NCBI GenBank assembly: GCA_043228905.1
Contig: JBHGNT010000809.1
Coordinates: 1 to 15,226, forward strand
Direction of reading: 5' to 3'
DNA from: Azolla caroliniana
Taxonomy: Eukaryota > Plantae > Polypodiophyta
Length of the DNA: 15,226 nt
A program made the position numbers and the translations under genes. Below the pieces are notes generated by a model. That model was not told the DNA's origin. It saw nothing but the letters and a program-made list of their open reading frames with translations, and did no database searches. Numbering within the stretch: position 1 is the first letter of the stretch; each line of letters begins with the position of its first letter. Shown piece by piece: positions 9,854 through 15,226 of the stretch.

Positions 9854-10587
9854 TCTGCTCCTTTCCACTACATATATTCATTCATACAAAACAAAACAAA
9901 ATAAAAGAGCCTCCATGATTTCTCTAATCATCCCTCATGTACCCACACCTCAACATAACATCGAAACTGAGCTCGCATCATCGTCATATCATGCGTGTAT
10001 GCACTTACTTGTGTCACGAACATCATGTCGACGTTGCATGTAAGTGTCATCACTCAGAACAACACAATAGTGGCACAAGCCTACACCACGTCGAGTCCGA
10101 AGTTCCAACTACCCCTACCCCTACCCCTAGGTGTTTTTTATGTATGTAATTCATTAATATATGCATGTTATGATGACCCACAATCCTCATCACGCTCCCC
10201 ATCTAAACTACACAAATCATCAATCATCAATATATGTGAATTATGCCATACTCCCTCTCTTGCATGGAAAACATAATATCCATATCCATATTTATGTTTG
10301 ATCCGTTGGACTCGAAATAAACACATATGTAGGTCTCGTTTTCATGCATGTTCATATATATCGAAGACAATAATGTTTTATGTTGTTGGTTCCAACCTCC
10401 GAATCATAGTCAACATTGATGTATAAAACTAGTTCAATTTCTTAATCATCAATGTAATATGAGACATGTTTTTATATTTTGGTTATGCCTAGTTGTCAAC
10501 ACCTTTCTCTAAAGGACTTCGAGGCAATCCGATAAGGGACCACAAAGCACCCCCATCTAGTAATCACATCGCAATCATGGGAGGCCA

Positions 10588-10612
10588 ACACACACACACA
10601 CACACACACACA
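10588..10612. repeat. (AC)12 microsatellite
   Basis: Direct reading. Confidence 0.97.
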
Positions 10613-11992
10613 TTACATACTTAAAGGCCAAAATGCCATGCGATACCTAGATATTATATCTTGGAACGTTTGTCTCCAGTCATTGAGAACGATAAAACAA
10701 AATAAATATGAGCAAATGGCACCAAAGTATATCTAGCTAGCTATGCTCTAAAAAGAAAATGGAATTGAATTCGTGGTGAATTATTAGTAATGACACTGTG
10801 AACTTAGGAAAATGATACACTAGGCGAGGTAAGGAACAAAAACTCCCTATTGTAATAAGGGGAGTCGTTTCCAATCGACAATATAAATATAGGAGTTTTG
10901 TGTTTGGTGAAAATTGAATTGCCGAGTATGATTGTTCAAGTATTGGGTTAGAAACTCACTATGGCATTCCATAATAAGGAGATCCATCACATAGCCCATC
11001 AAATAATCAAGGGTAACTAAGGATGACTTATTCTTGTTTGTTCTGACTTGAGAGGTGGTAAAGTAACGTGCACAAGTATTGTTTGTGCATACTTGGTAGC
11101 CGAAAGATGTTTCCTGACGTGCTTTGGAAGGAGGCATTAGGTTTCATTCTACGAGTCATATAGAATTTATAGTTACAATTGACATTGACTTACGAATGTT
11201 AATGGGTATACGCTAATGTGATTATGTGCTTGCACATTTGTATGCAAAGTTAGTTATAAGGTGATATTACAAATGTCAAGGCTATAATGACATTGCCTAG
11301 TTGAAAGGAGTTTATCCATGAGAATTTGCAAAGCAAGGTGCAATTGGGTAACATCAAAAAGTTCACAAATGCATGTACAACAATACATGCTCGTTCAAAA
11401 CATGATGATGGAACTATGTATGGGTTGATAATCCACGAAGTTAAGGATATATAGCGAGGGTAATTTTCTGCCTCGACATTAAAGAAGAGAAGGAATTTTA
11501 AAAGCTAAATAGTAAATAGGCAAATCCAACAAACTAACATACTTCTTGATTTATATTTCCTTGAATGTCTCTTATTTTATCATGTTAAATAGAAAGAACG
11601 AAACATCGCCTTTTAGAGAGTAAGATTGCTAACAAACATTTTACTATGAGTGATATAGAAAAACTCATTTCTATGAGGGGGAATATCAAAATTGCACCTT
11701 ATATGATGAGCCACAATTAAAATGAACCACATTAGGGTAATACAAAAAGATACTCTTAGTTTGAGAATAAAATTACTTGGTCATGGTTCAATAGGTTATC
11801 TAATTATTGATTGTGTTGGTATGTAGGCACAATCATTGTCGCTCACACGCTATTTTGTTTTTTAATTGTTTTCTACGTTAACCCATGCACTTGGATCAAA
11901 ATCTCATGAAGGCAATAAGAATGCCACATGTCACTACAAAATGAATGTCTGGCCTCATGGTCTATGGTGACCAACCTCACCAACTAAACTAA

Positions 11993-12008
11993 TCTCTCTC
12001 TCTCTCTC
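11993..12008. repeat. (TC)8 microsatellite
   Basis: Direct reading. Confidence 0.9.
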
Positions 12009-12209
12009 TTTGTCTCGTATTTTCATGTTTAATGTAACTCTACAATATTTGTCTATAGATCAAATCCCAATTCAATTGTGGATTGTATGTTAATTACTAA
12101 AACTCCTTACCATTCAGAGTAATTTATCACTTCATGCAAATTATCTTAGAAATGTTTCACTTCGGTTTTATGGCTCATATTTGGCCACCATGGATGATAA
12201 AAAAATCTA

Positions 12210-12341
12210 GGGAAAAGTACTAGGATACCCTTGGAAGTTCGTCTATTTACCAGAATGCCCCTGGAAGTTTGGTAAATTTGGAATTTCCAGGGGCATTCTG
12301 GTAAATAGACGAACTTCCAGGGGTATCCTGGTACTTTTCCC
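12210..12341. mobile_element. 132-bp foldback MITE, Mutator(MULE)-like
   Basis: ~61-bp inverted arms (12210-12270, 12281-12341) starting GGGAAAA with 4 mismatches and a 10-nt loop. Flanked by a 9-bp direct repeat aaaaatcta (12201-12209) / taaaatcta (12342-12350), 8/9 identical. A 9-bp AT-rich TSD and G-starting long TIRs are Mutator hallmarks. Confidence 0.85.
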
Positions 12342-12760
12342 TAAAATCTATTTTTATGTACCCATAAACATGTATTCATCTTTCTATCTGTATTAAAAGG
12401 TTGTTGTTTATGCATCAAAATGTCCATAACATCAACAAACATTAGTCTCATCATCATAATTAATGTCATTAAACTTTGTGATAGAGCGAGTTCAAAAAGT
12501 CTACTTTACTTTTTTACTAGGGGGTAAGAAATGATACCTTTGAACATGACCACATTCATTTACAACAAATAACTAGTTTGTTCATGGAAAACAAAATCAT
12601 GTTACTATGTGTTGTCTATATCGACTTGCAAATTTAAGCATTTTAGGATAGAACCACAACCATGCTTTGAGGTATGCTACCAAATTAATTTTTTTCAAAA
12701 CAAATTATCCTTCCATTTGTTATAAAGAACTGTTACATTATACAAAGTATTTTTTGCCAA

Positions 12761-12802
12761 CCTCGCCTTGTGTACACAAGGGGCGAGGAAACAAATCTAT
12801 GT
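12761..12802 (+). mobile_element. GC-rich palindrome, possible degenerate Helitron 3' terminus
   Basis: cctcgccttgtgt|acacaag(gg)gcgagg followed 8 nt later by ctatgt (CTAG|t-like). Confidence 0.3.
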
Positions 12803-13060
12803 ACTCCAACATAGAGAAAACAGTTCAGCAATTACAATCTATTCCCTAGACACATTACAAGGTATCCATATCTATAGGCAACAACAAAAGTAGCTCTATT
12901 TGGAAACAAACCATCTCCGGTCATAGTTATGAGCCATTCAATAGTTCTTCAACATGTACATCTCGGATTTGAAGGCGATCAACTACGTTCTTTGGTTTTT
13001 GAAGAGAACTACTTTCCACATTCGTAGTTGTAAAGTCAACAACTATGCTTCATCTTTCCC

Positions 13061-13445
13061 CATCAACCATCTTGACGGATTACCACCAATTTGGTGTACA
13101 TATAATAACAAATTAAGTCAAGTTTCCTCCTCTCCTAGTGAGCTTATTCTTCGACCCCCACACCATCATCACTTGTCCTTATCAAAGAAACATAAAAACT
13201 GATTCGTTCATCAACCATCTCGCTAAATACCACAAAATTCCTGCACATAAACAATAAAATCTGTCTAAATTCCTCATCTCCTCATGAGAATGTGCTTTGA
13301 TCTCCACACCATCATCACTCATCCTTATCCAAAACATAAATTCTACATCATTAAGTCCACATCATCCATCTCGCTGAATACCACCAAAATCTTGCACATA
13401 CAACAATACATGAGACTTTTTTCCTCATCCCCTCATGAGAGTATG
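13061..13445. repeat. Degenerate tandem repeat, ~148-151 bp unit, ~2.5 copies
   Basis: Unit starts catcaaccatct at 13061 and 13209 and catcatccatct at 13360. Shared blocks: ccacaccatcatcact..tccttatc..aaacataaa and ttcctcatc.cctcatgaga. Confidence 0.85.
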
Positions 13446-15226
13446 CTACCAAAATTACCTCTCCAAAAACCTACAAACTTGAAAGAGCTTATTGAACAGG
13501 AGAAGGGGGGGTACCTCTTTCCATTCTACTAGATATGCATACTAACACAATCTCATATATCGTAGGCTCTCGAGTGTGCAACTCATTTTAGTTTTTTTAA
13601 AGAAAAAGATACTTCCCATTAGGAAGGTAGAATGTCTTTACACTCCAATATGTACAACGAAAATGTCATCTTCAAGCATATTATCCCAATATTAGTTTTA
13701 TAAGGCTTATGAGATTGTCAACTCCTTACCCCATCCTGTGTCTCAACAATTGCAATCTCTATTGTCTATGTACATTGCTCTATTACATCCTCCTACATTT
13801 TCTCTTAATCTCCCTACTACATCATCATCTACACAAGGACCCTATGTTGCTTGTTATTGGATTCCACTATACTAAATTTCGAAACCGCACTATACGACTG
13901 TGTTGTGCCACCTTGTTCATCCATGATCTCTTAACTAAAAACATTTATTTGAAATACCAAACATTACATGCAAAAGCACAATGTGATTTACTATAGTTGA
14001 ACATCTATTTCTAACACTTTGTAATCAAATAATTCATATCCTACAAATTCACATATTCCCTTCTCATTTGCTTTCACTTTAATTTTTCCACATTTATTTT
14101 CCCTTGAGAAACTTTTACAAAGGTGATACTTTATTGACATCACAACAAACAAGAATAGCAAAGGCGTCAAGTTCACTTCCCTTTTGCTTTTACAAAGCAG
14201 AATTCTCATCTTCAGTTTTGATGCATAGAATCCCCAACAATGCTTCCATGTTTGGTTCTTAATAAAAACATGTTCAAACAAACTTTCCTTTTCCAAGGAT
14301 TTGAGCATATATTTGTCATGTAAATTATGTATAGCATGCACCATTGTAGGTGAATTTGTTAACTAGTATATGTAGATACATTGGAAAAATGTTAAAGAGA
14401 ATTTACTACATTTTGTATAATTACCTAACTCGTATAAGTTTGTTGACTTTACGTCAAATTGACCGTGTACACTACAACACCCAATGATAGCCACCATAAT
14501 TTAAATCTGAGCTCGTTGTCGGGTTAGCTTTACAAAACATTTGTGATAAGAAAGAAATCCTGAAAGTTATTGGATATCACTTTCTTAATAGTTCTACTAT
14601 ATATCTTTATTATAAAATCTCACAAATATTGTATGTTTGCCTAGATTCATGGCATCTAAAGGTATGGTGATACAAGAATGCCACTACTTTATTTTATATA
14701 GATTACATATATCACAATCAATATGTACATTTATATCTTCCAAAATTAGACATTTAGACATACGATGTATCTAATAACTCAAACCTTAGAAGTATAATCA
14801 TTTATTGTTAAAATAAGCTTGTGCTTGTTAAAATTTTGGCCATGTGTAGACGACATGTGTTCATTGGGTACAAACCTACCTTGTTGGGTAAGCTTTATTT
14901 GATAGCCCTTAAACCGCGTGCTCGAAACCCCATCTATCTCATTGTTTATCTAGATAACCTAGGGTATAAAGGTTTTGAAACCTTTACAAACTCTCTACTT
15001 TTTTCTTTTTATTTTTTCTTTTCCAAAAAATGCAAACTCTCTACTTTGAGTTGTTGTAGATAGTAATTGTATTGATTACATAATATAGAGCTAAAGTAGA
15101 TAGGGGTGAATGTCAAGAGAACCCCATCTAATTCCCCATAGTATCATCCCTTGTCACTCAATTCCTCTAGACGGGACCTTCTATGTCATGTTGCCTCACA
15201 ATCAATGGGAATGACATACATGACTT

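Larger units (their letters stand above)
7771..9900. promoter_or_regulatory. GC/CpG- and SSR-rich upstream region: probable promoter and 5' leader of ABCB, possibly bidirectional
   Basis: Lies directly upstream of the ABCB ATG. GC and CpG content are visibly higher than in the flanks. Contains CT/Y-patch tracts, GA repeats, a G-box and DRE cores. The TSS cannot be located from sequence. Confidence 0.6.

Noticed and set aside
8289-9918. ORF-track ORFs of 60-159 aa in the SSR island (poly-RE, poly-SL, poly-TH)
   Set aside because: They stay open mainly because microsatellites lack stop codons; low complexity, and many use non-ATG starts
10109-10129. (CCCCTA)3 telomere-like or G-quadruplex repeat
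   Set aside because: Only three G-tracts and not the plant TTTAGGG unit; treated as an ordinary SSR
8320-11035. Partial resemblance to conserved miRNAs (miR319-like ctgaaggga ~8328, miR395-like ~8525, miR535-like tgacaacga 8751, miR169-like aaggatgactt ~11019)
   Set aside because: Only 9-11 nt match and there is no complementary star arm
12210-13445. CRISPR-like or prokaryotic terminator interpretation of the repeats and hairpins
   Set aside because: The context is a eukaryotic spliced gene; no repeat-spacer periodicity and no cas genes
35-14480. CACTA-like termini: tttctgtagtg (ends 46), cactacaaaa (11932), cactacaac (14470)
   Set aside because: No matching partner TIR or 3-bp TSD within the window; words this short are expected by chance
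10847-15063. Short ORFs in the right flank (10847-11137, 12667-12849, 12954-13202, 13284-13532, 13709-13996, 13991-14344, 14821-15063), and likewise 1338-1571, 1597-2001, 1922-2122 on the left
   Set aside because: No recognisable domains; composition fits random or decayed-TE sequence

Overview
This is eukaryotic land-plant genomic DNA. The composition and dense GA/CA microsatellites suggest a fern or other non-seed plant, but that is inference only. The one clear gene is an intact 11-exon, full-size ABCB (MDR/P-glycoprotein) transporter on the minus strand (7770..2835). All ten introns are GT-AG, splice phases are consistent, and the CDS is 3795 nt (1264 aa). It carries the D/E-P motif associated with auxin-transporting ABCBs. 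Upstream (7800-10130) is a ~2.3 kb island rich in GC, CpG and microsatellites. It contains palindromes, a duplicated 25-mer, small ORFs and a strand switch of CT tracts that suggests a divergent transcript. The AT-rich flanks hold transposon debris: a 132-bp foldback Mutator-like MITE with a 9-bp TSD, a degenerate ~150-bp tandem repeat, two Helitron-like terminal hairpins and decayed coding-like relics. I found no convincing wholly new biological system. The best leads are in the upstream island.
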